DNA of 64,000 nucleotides, from the IMG/VR virus record IMGVR_UViG_3300042549_004104, positions 96,001 to 160,000 of that record. The stretch is one strand, 5' to 3'. Below are positions 34,501-41,806 of the stretch, one piece after another; position 1 is the first letter of the stretch, and each line of letters begins with the position of its first letter. The notes beneath the pieces were generated by a model. The model did no database searches. It was not told where the DNA came from and was given only the letters and a program-made list of their open reading frames with translations. The position numbers and the translations under genes are program-made. The DNA comes from a virus (taxonomy: Duplodnaviria > Heunggongvirae > Uroviricota > Caudoviricetes).

Positions 34501-35904
34501 ACTTCAAGGCAGTTTTTAACAACAGGACGCTATATTAGTGGTACAAGTTTGCGTGTGGCAGCAATTACTTATATAGACAATACAGTAAGTCCAATCAGAG
34601 TAACATTTGCTACAGATCCCAATCCATCAGTTACAAATATATCAGGTTCATTGTTTAAATTAGATGGTGTTAATGGAACGACTGAAGTGAACGGTAATAC
34701 ATATTATATTAATCAAATTGATTCAACTAATTATGATTTATATTCATTTGTTGTCACAACATCAGTTACCGGAGTGTTGGGTGATTCATTCATAACTACG
34801 ACTGATATTGATGATATTATTATAGGTATGTTAGTGTCAGGAACTGGTATTGGTAAAGGTGCAACAAATGGAGGCGCCTTCATAACTAATATTGAAGCAG
34901 ATACACCAACTGCCGGAACATATAAAATTACATTATCTGTAGTTAATACTGATGTAGTATCATCGGCAAACTTTGCTTGGAAGACAACAGGTGATGATTT
35001 TAGTACTTATATTAGTAGTGGTTTTGGTTGGGATAATTTATTCACTATTCAAGTACCTTCTCCTACTATTCCTGCTAATTTTACTGGAATGCCCCCGATG
35101 ATATACACTGAAGGTTCTCGTACATGGGTAACTATAACAGGTAAAAGACTTAATCCTAGTTATGTTAAATTCTATGATGATAATTATATTGGAATTTTAC
35201 ATCCTTTAACTTTGGTTGAAGAAGTGTTAGTGACTAGTATGGTCACAGGTGCAAGTCCAAATAGCATTTCTTTCAATCTTTCTGTTGATAAAAATTCACA
35301 AAGTTATGTCACTAGAACGAATAGTCAAGACGGTTCATGGTTGACTCAAGATTTTATTACCGGTGAAGATACTATGCATTTTTATAATGTAAGTAATTTA
35401 GTTGAACAGGTAAACACTACAGTTAATGTTGTTGAAGTTGATTCTGTCATTTATGCGTATGTTCAATGTGATATTAATACAGTTAAACAAGTTGAAGTTT
35501 ATAACAATACAACTCTTGAAACTTTGACAGATGATTCAACATATGGAATAAGATTAGTTAATGGCCGAGCAGCTATAGTGTTTATCTCTGGAGCAAATGC
35601 TGGTGATTTAGTAACTGTAAGTTTAATTATTGGTAATATTGTGGAAATAAATGGAGAAAAAATTAAATTCAACACTATTAATATCAACAACAATACCATA
35701 ACTGGATTGACAAGGGGAGTTCAAGGAACAACAACCCTAGAAACTCATGCTGAAAATAGCATTGGTTTTGGTATTACTCCGGCTAGAAGATTGACAGAAG
35801 CTCAATATTCAGAAAATTGGAATAGTTACGAAATCACTAGTTTTGGTGATCCTTTACAGATAAGCACTACATCCGAAGGAATATTCTTAAATAGCATAAA
35901 TTAA
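19576..35904 (+). CDS. Giant (5442 aa) baseplate/virion structural protein (gp7-like position)
   Basis: Uninterrupted ORF after gp6; FG-GAP-like and Asp-box repeats; YINEVKPYH motif. Confidence 0.7.
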   Translation: MVTKVRTIDFLPEIFKTKTNSQFLQATLDQLTQQPDFKRIQGYIGSKFGYGVNTTDKYLEEPSKSRTNYQLEPSIVFKKTDTSIAKDILTYQGLLDSLTLQGSLGENISDSLQNQFYSWDSFVDLDKIINYSQYYWLPFGPDSVIITQDQLYKNLTYTVTSEPSQYFFDTEEFNIDQSNPQITLVRGGTYVFAVNQNSKFYIQTNVGINGVEVTRPNFSTREVYGVANNGASTGLVTFTVPLSNAQDEWNFPGNLNIDLVTTLKYEDVQGKILNDIGGIGNYINKTLLFYGNPAGTLGAKYGFYGSEYDVDPFEYTTYTDVTKNYYTINVLDNGVINLVEAGLLPDNTKITINFGTQYVYRNFVKSSLGEIVLIPYLTAKLDTYYYQDSEDSNKYGIIRIVDSNTSSNIDINDILGKKQYISPNNIKFTNGLKVEFAGNIYPEQYAQGQYYVEGVGTSIQLLPVTDFTIVEDFGESSTAPFDTYSYDSTNYADTLFYPKDPDYITIARNSINKNAWSRSNRWFHIDVLNTTLQYAESTENTYNALNNSDTRGKRPIVEFYPNLKLYNLGSVSKPNTSFIDFSSTDAFSQVAGQTSFSPNGESIAIFDGATIIFAGDTDLNIRNKIFVVSFESLSGVSTPVITLTPIENGNILYNDQTVITIGDNYQGETFWFDGTNWIQGQLKTRTNQPPLFDVFDKNNISYGDKDFYPSSDFEGCTLFEYTIGTGTDDPVLKFPIKYSSLNNLGDISFTVSLNTQTFNYVDGSLSVTSNINNGYVFDYYDRVNYNRAIGWQTAIGESFQYQVFNTTYTSIPIEPTFTFDIAAKVQTSTPWPVLTVYVDNVRLAQTEFSYIITDNTTTITLTTTPFIGTTIDVLIYSDQSSKTGYYEIPSNLDHNPFNSEITTINLGDIRGHYKSICNNSPNFSGLAFGSNNYRDLGNVIPYGMRIVQNSAPLVAAGAFLRNPYVNFFDALNFSGVEYIKFKALILQTIQNNDYNSLDTSAYILDDVLEKIGQSKINSNPFFWSDMLPNKNAEAINSYVFKSDISTSNFTLSRIYDFTKANYYGVLVYLTRRVNGTIRYIQLIKDVDYIISSTEEKITVTKDLINNDVITIKEYNQTYGSYVPNTPTKIGLYPASLPQVVYDTSYVKPTYFIKGHDGSFNKLYGKYVDGFLTDYRDSVLLEFETRIYNNLKISSDIALEYDDVAPGYFRDTGVSYTDFLNVYLTQFLNWVGTNRIDYQEHDDYVSTNPYTFNYAGSTLKIDKSKNSIGNWRGLYNYLYDTATPNTTPWEILGLINKPDWWDTYYGEAPYTSDNTFMWDDISRGFVYNNGNSYINTKRIRDGLLNIIPVDSDGNLKSPFEFLINSYDVNNFSNIWKAGDTGPAEYSYLKSSSWPFDLMRLYALFKPAKFFGLSIDVDEYKYNNEFNQYLYQDRFRDSLSNLSIYGNGTSKNSYINWLVDYLSQYGIDGHADILTLLKNLDVRLSYRLAGFTDKDLIKFFVEKGTPNSSNNSLMIPDDSYSIILYDNPPNDTIRYSSIIIQKVSNGYRVLGNNQNRTYFVSLSPIQDGLFQTISVNDVTVRVPKNYRDRKVLTPYGSLFTNQEDLFTFMRGYGKYLESQGMTFDDIENGIELSWDQMLAETLYWVETGWDVGSIINVNPASRIINVDKDNNVVQPLTLTKENFILNQNSTPILLSDMNIFRQGTTFNVKALNEGDSMSFFNSNLSTIEHVVVFNNETVFNDVIYNLITGLRQQRIYVKGSKSAGWEGYVNAAGFILNQDNIEEWVENKKYTKGTIVKFKNEYYSAKEIITLPKIKFDYNDWNKTSYDMIQKGLLPNPSTRSAEATKFYDTVNPNLANDGDLLSFSLIGYRPRQYFASANFDDATQVNLYKNMIGVKGTVDSVTKLQGINVQQNTLNYDIHENWAIKSSEFGGLLNQNFIEFTLNEAELTGDPSIVSVINNIGVDGAQQQIPLNKIKNYGRPLSNTDILPILPSNTEEKLPSAGYVNIDDVLQYGYTVNNLLDAEIYNLYKNDYLWVADKDNTWQVYTPSSYGAIVISILNNLNGTVTVIFDKPHSLLLNQVFGILNFDSRIDGYHLIEQVVSLTSLVIRLTLDPGIISLTGNGLSFLLQSQRVATARDISGLPLLNAEYDTNRVWVDQNQNGDWTVYEKTNNYTGSGLPTVGLSVDNFGSSVAYIENVGYFVGDPTNGSVYHYAKSPAGVFYLRNTITYPGSDFGTSIITSQDLIIISSPDVTLSQIYIYKIPPSGEINSIILQEVISIGGARVGDSMAISGDGNWLYLGAKTVNIVLLFQRIGVLTYQAAGLSLAEATVLNSNSFVCDGDVRTLLSEGQLVNFLVSYTSQSMSLAQPTVELDTFFVVEGDQRSKLANGDKISFYNTGAVGTYLYTIATESYDSIDDTTTFYTLEEFEVGVIIPPGTNVYKVNFNDNLTFTVVTGTYDNITDTTTFYTLEKIEYTASSGSNIYIGNVNFALSTFLDSILANVNAEYGGSISTNYDGSRLFIGSPKEDYSESVLDTGVVYVYDRLIQNYEIQYNQTDAVLLIRTAFNLNPQTRILRNGVFLPPNQYVIILNAVIIGVIGVKAGDIITVSSADFVNTFRLSNMDDPSDLRPGELFGFALDCNKYGSELLIGCPYDVSNDNTKEGSVVRFTDEGKRYGIITGVLACNIIQSTYILLNGYEVALRNDTPLLVSITGGVSTTVTISTTMAATLPSNGIITVQNSSTGDFELLFYNSVNVSTGVLTCATAAVNSYTANQANVILPLGNASNVAAKINQTFITNIFAYSTLDGRLIIRLRDQSLGQLNNKLTISVFNGNYLYQMGFFFPKSQVIQDPHPQTSTQFGYAIKHNEESSFVVGAPVNSRYVATKFDYSNDSNNHNDTVFDNNLTVFEDNYTNAGSVYMYDYIEAYDESLNNIGNYIYAQSCNDTTLEYGVQPQYGKALSFNNNAVMIGAPNLQTTISPGGKAMLWKNDSGVKNWHVYREGDDIVDVSKLQKVQLYDNTNDNNLISLDYIDPLQGKLLGAVRENIDFISTTDPAGYNAPGVNKGTKVWTKSFVGKIWFDTTTTKFLNYHQDDVIYNSKYFGMVFPGSDITVYSWIESNVIPALYEGPGTPYDFAKYSTILETDSNNNLITRYFYWVRNTNIINTAQYKTLSDTIIERYIADPISSGIAYMTPLRPNTFGLYNSQEYINDTSTNMHVGFSSGGNDTKGHVEFQLIRSNYDTDFLPGFPEPVKGYILPTGLYDRFIDSLAGVDESGLIVPDPTLPKLLQLGINVRPRQGFFINRLEALRNYLEYANQVIAQYPINEFGNITFLYEQGDYFDVANYWENIYWWETGYSNSTRTVLDVASYTDLSTLSVTEGTIVGVVSNAQGNREVYIYTDSTWNRIGLQNGTIRFLSTLWNYTTNMIGFGDSFFDNSSYDSYPSTETRYIIRALNEQIYIGPLLTHRNKSLILIFEYIQSENIESQNYLPWLNKTSFADVSYSVRTLTTNQKFQRDNQSLLEGYINEVKPYHVVMKEFYLKYDKTDLYNTDITDYDLPSLYNTSVSNFVSPQLVYKEFPNKPAYEFNTTSSVWELPNYAQWFNNYGLVIGTLDNVVMGVLISYISSISTEIYVDTVDGFPVAGVIKIDDEIMAYTSVNRVNKLLLGISRGINNTTPVEHFTKSTVYMDVPGINVLNSGRDYDDIPTVTAVVDTTKYPAPRKAASLVSIMSGNKVVGVKVTDPGDGYVVTPNIVFEDAYYVTTTLDRINFLNHTIQFLDITFSTGELVYLEGVSSNGYTIVPDGFYYIGVIQIETTFSITPNGIIVSLHTNYQDSIDGQNHIIFVNENTVPADYEQKMSIRARAIPSMVNNKIRSLKPTLCFDRTSYESRIKEWVPGAYYSSPYISIGNDASNPDKLYIGTPYDEMSGTVSPAGGSGATFTIYNILMGGNYEADIEFGGTGYDVNDLITILGTDLGGTTPANDCVIKVIDIDLGVITEIEIDTSSGTPLDVRLASLQGAVLPIVSVTSDDGNAVATVNYGYSALHPGQVNGSLMYFYRVHSAYPYDDSSSGGAIIDVYWPKFNPSDINNLYYIQVVDPGSIYTTGDTISIPGDPYLGGVTGINDCKIYIQANLDGSIFSTNVTGFSNGQFGQYYVKVISNTDLEIELGIYYDPKFINPVAYSNFIWTDNSTDYGYLPEPLVANYSYGYNISSIVYYSGYVWQCIDANNDTEFDPTKWIELSSDDGSLNALDRIEAYYAPTIDMPGKDAQQLVKGITYPNNVYYGNAFAPDEELPLDFIVRDEPFYPRQFNAKASVFDGTYIYVVGNNETTTLVLKFDSEGTFVSSSSIGSQVFEITSMSYSLLPTETYIITTTNTTNPLFTSFDGANWIGIGETTAYDTTQYGDGGFDSSSIDAPYASLYGAVIVNNNYFLTGKNILKSTDAFAYNSVYDPFTSFPTYINNMMYVNLSAFNGYIGVGLTYRLTSGGGTAYPIYSEVGKVVLSIDDGNTWTQLLPDFSSSKLNGVSASNTYIVVVGNDASVWYSTNASNWTEGTISGSSITTNIKSVAYGAGKFIAVGDKTGTSATDPGLILLSTDGITWSQISSSSITTNNLNQVYYGNNRFYVVGEENTLITSSDGINWYELGKLVANDPFYIVQGNDFLYGYGPEELVPGVIADNLSMYVTTAPGAYWDLNVSNPFWYKHTGFNMQAVVNNLDINYQVSFRDVVLNPARMSVFLLNNSTNLSTRIYEDTYGPALTYNYSVDWYNQTITFNNSAIPGVLPAGHSLLIELYEVGNGKEIVRGNSRNIPLLIDPVTGYSMYVFNTTYESIVNEPLVYVSENGGSLTKLTHNIDYFVTNTNDNFLKLLFNKTYDLSTDYIVYSILGDSSTSISVDQFGYSIPETQIFVAETTSVYFELDMSLTSLDGDNVLNSVVEKNGNRIAYIDGDINTDYIFEEIDDVWYLKLETAPTVGDVIAVTTFYDTSRQFLTTGRYISGTSLRVAAITYIDNTVSPIRVTFATDPNPSVTNISGSLFKLDGVNGTTEVNGNTYYINQIDSTNYDLYSFVVTTSVTGVLGDSFITTTDIDDIIIGMLVSGTGIGKGATNGGAFITNIEADTPTAGTYKITLSVVNTDVVSSANFAWKTTGDDFSTYISSGFGWDNLFTIQVPSPTIPANFTGMPPMIYTEGSRTWVTITGKRLNPSYVKFYDDNYIGILHPLTLVEEVLVTSMVTGASPNSISFNLSVDKNSQSYVTRTNSQDGSWLTQDFITGEDTMHFYNVSNLVEQVNTTVNVVEVDSVIYAYVQCDINTVKQVEVYNNTTLETLTDDSTYGIRLVNGRAAIVFISGANAGDLVTVSLIIGNIVEINGEKIKFNTININNNTITGLTRGVQGTTTLETHAENSIGFGITPARRLTEAQYSENWNSYEITSFGDPLQISTTSEGIFLNSIN

Positions 35905-35921
35905 GGGAAGATAAATAGATA

Positions 35922-36071
35922 ATGAACAAAAATATTTCAAATGAGCAGGAACAACTGGAAACCCCAAATGACCCTGTAGATGAGCATAGCGGTTTTTATT
36001 TCAGCTCCGCTATTAAAATTTTTGACCCAGAAACACAAGAAATACTAGTAAATATACGAGGCGATAACTAA
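35922..36071 (+). CDS. 49-aa hypothetical virion-associated protein
   Basis: MNKNISNEQ...DEHSGFYFSSAIKIFDPETQEILVNIRGDN; late motif 4 nt upstream; TAA overlaps the next ATG. Confidence 0.6.
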   Translation: MNKNISNEQEQLETPNDPVDEHSGFYFSSAIKIFDPETQEILVNIRGDN

Positions 36072-36691
36072 TGTCAGATGTTAAGATTCCAATTTCAATC
36101 CAGGGATTTCTAAAAATCTTTGACCCAAACACCCATGAAGTTTTTTTCGATGGATCAAATGCTATCCACTATGAAAATATTAGTTTAGCAATTGCTGAAG
36201 CACTAACTAATCGTGGTACCGGAATGATATATAAAATGGCATTTGGTAACGGCGGCGCCAGTGTTGATGAAACGGGTATTATCACTTATCTACCCCCAAA
36301 TACTGTGGGTGAGAATAGTGCATTATATAATCAAACTTACGCCAAAGTAGTTGACGATACGAATATCAATAATAACAATCCTAGTAGAAATAAAATGATT
36401 ATAAATCATACTACTGGTAAAGTATATACTGATATTTTAGTGCAATGCTTACTAGACTACAGCGAACCTCCTGGCCAGGCAGCGTTTGACAATGGAAATC
36501 AATTAGAATCAACATATGTTTTTGACGAGTTAGGATTATTAAGTTATGAGGGCGTAGATAATTCTGGAAATGAGTTGAATAAATTACTAACTCATGTGAT
36601 ATTTCATCCAGTGCAAAAAAGTTTGAATCGACAAATTCAAATTGACTATACAGTACGTATACAAAGTCTCACAAACTTAATAACAATTTAA
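36071..36691 (+). CDS. Baseplate-associated structural protein
   Basis: MAFGNGG, VFDELGL, LLTHVIFHPVQKSLNR motifs; structural context. Confidence 0.6.
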   Translation: MSDVKIPISIQGFLKIFDPNTHEVFFDGSNAIHYENISLAIAEALTNRGTGMIYKMAFGNGGASVDETGIITYLPPNTVGENSALYNQTYAKVVDDTNINNNNPSRNKMIINHTTGKVYTDILVQCLLDYSEPPGQAAFDNGNQLESTYVFDELGLLSYEGVDNSGNELNKLLTHVIFHPVQKSLNRQIQIDYTVRIQSLTNLITI

Positions 36692-36720
36692 GAATAAATA
36701 ATAAATTATCGGAGTAATAA

Positions 36721-37920
36721 ATGGCTTATACAATTATCAGAAGTAACGGAACCGTCTTAACAACTATTCAAGATGGTACTATAAATACAGGAAGTTCATC
36801 ACTGGGTTTACCCGGTAGAAACTATGCTGGTTATGGACAAACATTAGACACAAATTTTGTCAGAATGCTTGAAAATTTTGCTAGCAGTAGCGTTCCTGCT
36901 AACCCACTTAGGGGTCAACTTTGGTTTAACACCAGTGACGGAACATTAAGAATTTGTCCATCTGATGGTACTGCTGTAGCAAGCTCTTGGCCAATTTTAA
37001 ATACTGCATCAAGCGGTGGCAACACGACTCTAGGAAATTTAGTAGTATCAAGCGATATTGCATCAAATAATATAAGTGCAACAAATAATATAAGTGGGGT
37101 TACTCTTACAGTTCAAGATGCGACTATATCATCAGAATTGACAGCAGATACAATAACAGTAACTACTGCTAATTTAACGTATGTAAATACGCAGACTATA
37201 ACCGCAGGCTCTAGTAGTACATCGGGAGCAATAACCGGTAGATGGAGCATAACAGGCACTGGTAATAGTTTAACTAGTACCGGTAACGTAGCATTTTCAA
37301 GTAGCACATATGGTGTGAAATCAGACAACTATATGTACGCAAATGGAAGCCCATTTACTCCTAGCGGTACTTATACTAATGCGAATGTATCTGATTATTT
37401 GACGGGATCAAATTCAGTTACACAGTTTACCGGAAATATTGCACCAACTTTAGTTACAACAACTGCAATCGCAGGTGGAGGAACAATTTCTGGTATTTGG
37501 ACATTGGGTGCTAACTCACGTATTCAAGCTAACTATGCTGACATGGCAGAACGTTATGAAGCAGATGCAATTTATGCTCCAGGAACAGTATTAGAAATTG
37601 GTGGACAGAAAGAAGTCACTAGTGTAAAAGAAGATTTAAGTGAAGATGTTTTTGGTGTAGTGAGCACTAACTCTGCATACTTAATGAACTCTGGTGCAGG
37701 TGAAGATGAAACACACCCGCAAGTTGCTTTGGCTGGACGAGTACCTGTATTAGTTACTGGTAAATTAATTAAAGGTCAACGATTGGTAAGTGCAGGTAAT
37801 GGAAGAGCACGTGGTGCATCTAAGGAAGAATTGACTCCTTTTAATTCTATAGGTAGATCATTAGAAAATAAAAACGATGATGGTGATGGTGTTGTAGAAG
37901 CAGTAGTTATCATTAAATAA
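36721..37920 (+). CDS. Tail fibre/spike with C-terminal autocleavage-chaperone-like domain
   Basis: N-terminal G.NY.GYG...NF..MLENFA....P.NP..GQLW; C-terminal YADMAERYEAD..Y.PGTV...VALAGRVPV. Confidence 0.7.
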   Translation: MAYTIIRSNGTVLTTIQDGTINTGSSSLGLPGRNYAGYGQTLDTNFVRMLENFASSSVPANPLRGQLWFNTSDGTLRICPSDGTAVASSWPILNTASSGGNTTLGNLVVSSDIASNNISATNNISGVTLTVQDATISSELTADTITVTTANLTYVNTQTITAGSSSTSGAITGRWSITGTGNSLTSTGNVAFSSSTYGVKSDNYMYANGSPFTPSGTYTNANVSDYLTGSNSVTQFTGNIAPTLVTTTAIAGGGTISGIWTLGANSRIQANYADMAERYEADAIYAPGTVLEIGGQKEVTSVKEDLSEDVFGVVSTNSAYLMNSGAGEDETHPQVALAGRVPVLVTGKLIKGQRLVSAGNGRARGASKEELTPFNSIGRSLENKNDDGDGVVEAVVIIK

Positions 37921-37930
37921 AGGACAAACG

Positions 37931-38896
37931 ATGACATATGCACAATACGGATTAATACAAGCGGCAGACTATAATAACTTTACTGGATTATCATCCAGTG
38001 TAAGTACAGGAGCAAATCAACTCAATACAATTTTGGGAGTTGGTAACGGAAATGCAGGATATGGACAAACTGTTGTGCCTACTGTTACAGTAGGTAATGT
38101 AGTATCACATTCTAATTGGCAAAGTTTAATTTACGGTTATACAGAACTTGGAAATCATCAAAGTACTGCAATTACAGCTACAACTGTTCCTGTTCAAGGT
38201 GCAAAAATAGAAGTACTAAACCCAATTTCAACTAATTTAACATCACTTTATACAAACAGATTAAATGCTGCCTCACAAGCAGCCAGTACTGCGTATACCA
38301 CAACAAATGCCACTACATGGGCTTCTGCTATTACGTTTACACATACTATAACTTTTGCTTCAGCTAATCATGCTAGATATTTTTTCAATACCGGCGGCCA
38401 ACTAGCAGTTACATTTGGTCATCCTACAGGTGCAGGTATTAATGCATTATGGAATACATTAGCAACTGCATGTGGTACAATTGTGCTTAGTTCTACAAAC
38501 TCAGGCGCAGTTACGATTGCAGGAACATCTTATAACGGTATTACAAAAGTGGGTGGTTCAGGTAGTACCTCAGTTCTGTCTACTAATACAGGTTATTATG
38601 GATTAACTACTAGCTATGTGCAAGCATTCAAGCAAGTAGCATCTTCTGGGTTAGCAAAATATCTGGGTTCATTTATAAGTGTTGAAGTAAGATCAAATGG
38701 TTCAAATTTGGGCGGTAACGGCGATAATGGTAGTGTCATCAACATAAAAGTTACTTTTGATGAAGTACCTGATGGAGGTTCATTTGTCGTTACATCCGCT
38801 GGCACTACATCAACTGTTACTGTACGATCTCCATCATCTACATATCTAGCAACAAATACATGGGGTACACCATCTGTTAACGGTACTGTAACCTAA
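37931..38896 (+). CDS. Tail/baseplate structural protein, paralog 1
   Basis: MTY..GLIQAADYN, GYGQ, ARYFFNTGG; Ser/Thr/Gly-rich. Confidence 0.6.
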   Translation: MTYAQYGLIQAADYNNFTGLSSSVSTGANQLNTILGVGNGNAGYGQTVVPTVTVGNVVSHSNWQSLIYGYTELGNHQSTAITATTVPVQGAKIEVLNPISTNLTSLYTNRLNAASQAASTAYTTTNATTWASAITFTHTITFASANHARYFFNTGGQLAVTFGHPTGAGINALWNTLATACGTIVLSSTNSGAVTIAGTSYNGITKVGGSGSTSVLSTNTGYYGLTTSYVQAFKQVASSGLAKYLGSFISVEVRSNGSNLGGNGDNGSVINIKVTFDEVPDGGSFVVTSAGTTSTVTVRSPSSTYLATNTWGTPSVNGTVT

Positions 38897-38912
38897 TAGG
38901 TACGAAATTACA

Positions 38913-39896
38913 ATGACATATTCAACTGGTGGATTAATCCAAGCTAGTGACTTTAATGATATAATAGGGTCATATTCTCTTCCTAACTTAGGAAATAGTA
39001 TTAATACAATATGGGGAACTGGATTCAGTAATGCAGGCTATGGTCAACCACAATTAACTAATGTAACAGCAGATGAATTAATTACGTATGATGATTGGAA
39101 TAACCTTATTAAGGTTATGAATACGGCTGCTTATTATCAGAATACCTCTATAACAACATATGTACCTCCGGTTCAATATGATAAGATTACCTATCTTTCT
39201 AAATTAATATCAAATAAAAATACATTATATTCTAACAGAAATTATGCTAGACAGCATGGTTCGACATATATTGCCCCTACAACAACAGTGAGCAATGTTT
39301 GGTCAGATTCAGCAGTCTTTACACATAATATCATGTTTCAATCAGCAGATAAAGCAAGATATTTTTTCAATGCCGGCGGACAAATAGTTATCACATTGTC
39401 ACATACTAATGGAGCCGCAGTTAATTCTATGTGGCATGAATTAGCAACAAATGCAGGCAGTATTGTAATAAGTGCTTCATTGCCAAACACAACTAATACT
39501 ATTGCAGGAACAAATTATACAGGTATAACTAGAGTGGGTGGTTCAGGTGCTGCTACAGTGAATACCAATCAAAGTTATTACACTTTATCAACTAATTACG
39601 TAGAGATATTCCGTAAAAATGCGTTTTCTGTTTTCTCTAGTTACTTAGGATCATATGTTTCTATTGAATTAAAATCCAATGGAACTCAAGGAACAAACGG
39701 GGACAGAGGATCAATACTTACAATTAAAACTACTTGGAATGAAATACCAAATGGTTCAATTTCTAGTGCCACTACCGGAGTTACCTTAGCAATTAGATAC
39801 CCATTTTCTACATCAGTTCCTATCACAAACTATCCTGCACCTTTCCTTAATACATGGGGAACTGTCACAACAAATGGTTCAGTTATTTCCGAATAA
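38913..39896 (+). CDS. Tail/baseplate structural protein, paralog 2
   Basis: Collinear similarity to 37931..38896 (GLIQASDFN, GYGQ, ARYFFNAGG, NTWGT). Confidence 0.6.
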   Translation: MTYSTGGLIQASDFNDIIGSYSLPNLGNSINTIWGTGFSNAGYGQPQLTNVTADELITYDDWNNLIKVMNTAAYYQNTSITTYVPPVQYDKITYLSKLISNKNTLYSNRNYARQHGSTYIAPTTTVSNVWSDSAVFTHNIMFQSADKARYFFNAGGQIVITLSHTNGAAVNSMWHELATNAGSIVISASLPNTTNTIAGTNYTGITRVGGSGAATVNTNQSYYTLSTNYVEIFRKNAFSVFSSYLGSYVSIELKSNGTQGTNGDRGSILTIKTTWNEIPNGSISSATTGVTLAIRYPFSTSVPITNYPAPFLNTWGTVTTNGSVISE

Positions 39897-39942
39897 TATT
39901 TTCTGTTAGTATCGTGTCAGTAAATACTCAGAGGAGTATCTA

Positions 39943-40248
39943 ATGGACACACAGCAACTGGTCAACGATGTAAAAGCCAGATTCAATATCAATTATCAAA
40001 AACACCAACTACGTGAAAAATATACTGCAAAGTTAATTTTTGCCGATCAAGGTGGCCTATGGGTTGCAAATCCAAATTTACTATCGCAACTGTTTAGCTC
40101 GGATACACCTACATTAATACTTTTGGACAACTATGAAAATCCAATCAAAGTTGATAGATTAAAATTGCTTGAAAAAGCAAATGAGTTATACGTTTCAACT
40201 ATGAAAGATTGGCATAGTGAATACGAAACATTAAAGAACAACAGATGA
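39943..40248 (+). CDS. Hypothetical protein
   Basis: GAGGAG RBS, late motif at 39920; first gene of a translationally coupled operon. Confidence 0.6.
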   Translation: MDTQQLVNDVKARFNINYQKHQLREKYTAKLIFADQGGLWVANPNLLSQLFSSDTPTLILLDNYENPIKVDRLKLLEKANELYVSTMKDWHSEYETLKNNR

Positions 40249-41048
40249 GTAAAGGTGTTTTACTATTTGCCTTTAATAACGGTATAACCAATTATTATAA
40301 AATGGCAGAAGCTACTGCAAAAAGAATAAATCATTTCTTGAATTTACCTGTTACATTAGTAACAAATAAAGAATCATTCCTGACAAAATCAGAATATACA
40401 TTTGATAATATAATGTTTGTAGATGCACAAACCAATAATCAAAAACATAAAAAACTTTGGATAAACAAAGGTAGATATCAAGCATACGACTTAACACCGT
40501 ATGATGAGACAATATTATTAGATACAGATTATTTGATTAATAGTCCTCAACTTCTAAAGTTGTTTGACATTTATGATGATTTTATGTGTCCCGACAGGAC
40601 ATACTTTTTACTAGATGATAACGGTCATTGTCAAGAACCAATTAGTCCTACTGGTTTTGACACACTATGGGCTACTATAATAGCTTTTAAAAAATCAAAT
40701 AGATCCAAACAAATATTTGAATGTATGCGTATGGTTCAAGAAAATTATGTACACTATGTTAATCTTTATAATATGTATAGTTCTCAATATAGAAATGACC
40801 ATGCATTAGCAATAAGCTGTAGAATTGTAAATGGGCATATTGAAGATAAATCAATGTATATTCCTTGGGCACTAGTACATGCAAACAACAATTTAGTTGT
40901 TGAAAAATTATCTGATTCAGTGTATAATACTAGTTACAAAGTATATAAGCAAACAGAAAAATTAGGAAAGACTAAAATAGATTATTGTATTATCAACGAT
41001 ATGGATTTTCACTTATTAGATAAAAACAATTTTATGGAAATAGTATGA
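40245..41048 (+). CDS. GT-A fold glycosyltransferase-like protein
   Basis: LTPYDETILLDTD (DxD), RNDHALAI. Confidence 0.65.
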   Translation: MSKGVLLFAFNNGITNYYKMAEATAKRINHFLNLPVTLVTNKESFLTKSEYTFDNIMFVDAQTNNQKHKKLWINKGRYQAYDLTPYDETILLDTDYLINSPQLLKLFDIYDDFMCPDRTYFLLDDNGHCQEPISPTGFDTLWATIIAFKKSNRSKQIFECMRMVQENYVHYVNLYNMYSSQYRNDHALAISCRIVNGHIEDKSMYIPWALVHANNNLVVEKLSDSVYNTSYKVYKQTEKLGKTKIDYCIINDMDFHLLDKNNFMEIV

Positions 41049-41806
41049 AAAGAGGATTTGTAATAATGGCACAAAATACGCATAATGTAGATTATGTTGA
41101 ATGTGCTGAAGCATTATCTTTGAGTATTAAAAAAGTAATGCCTGATGCCAACGTGTCAATTATTACTAATGATATGTTACCATATGGTGATTTAGCTCCT
41201 ACTAGTGAATGGAAATTGATTAATGATTGGCAAGTATATGAAGCAAGTCCATACGATTATACAGTTAAAATTGAAGCGGATATCTATATTCCGTCAAATG
41301 TAGATTACTGGTGGGATGTACTAAAACAAAAAGACATTTGTATATCTACAAACATCAGAGACTATAAAGGTAAACTTTCAGACTGTAGACATTATCGTAA
41401 GTTTATAGATAATAATAAATTACCTGACGTATACAATGCATTGACTTATTTTAAAAAGTCTCCAATGGCTGAAGATTTTTTTAAAATAGTACGTGATGTT
41501 TTTGAAAATTGGAATAACTATAAAGAAACATTAAAATGTAATATTGATGAAATTGCAACTACAGATTGGGCATATAGCATTGCTTGTGCGATATTAGGAG
41601 AAGAAAATACTACTATGCATGAGTTTAAACAGTTTAGTATGATACATATGAAACAATATATAAACCAAACTATAACGGAAGATTGGACAAATGAATTAGT
41701 ATATGAATTTACTCAACCTTTAAAAATTCAAACTTACCCGCAATTATACCCAGTTCATTATCATATGAAAGATTTTGCCAAAAAATTGAAAGAAGCATAT
41801 GCTTGA
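41045..41806 (+). CDS. GT-A fold glycosyltransferase-like protein, paralog
   Basis: ASPYDYTVKIEAD (ExD), TDWAYSIA, HYHMK; collinear with the upstream gene. Confidence 0.6.
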   Translation: MKRGFVIMAQNTHNVDYVECAEALSLSIKKVMPDANVSIITNDMLPYGDLAPTSEWKLINDWQVYEASPYDYTVKIEADIYIPSNVDYWWDVLKQKDICISTNIRDYKGKLSDCRHYRKFIDNNKLPDVYNALTYFKKSPMAEDFFKIVRDVFENWNNYKETLKCNIDEIATTDWAYSIACAILGEENTTMHEFKQFSMIHMKQYINQTITEDWTNELVYEFTQPLKIQTYPQLYPVHYHMKDFAKKLKEAYA

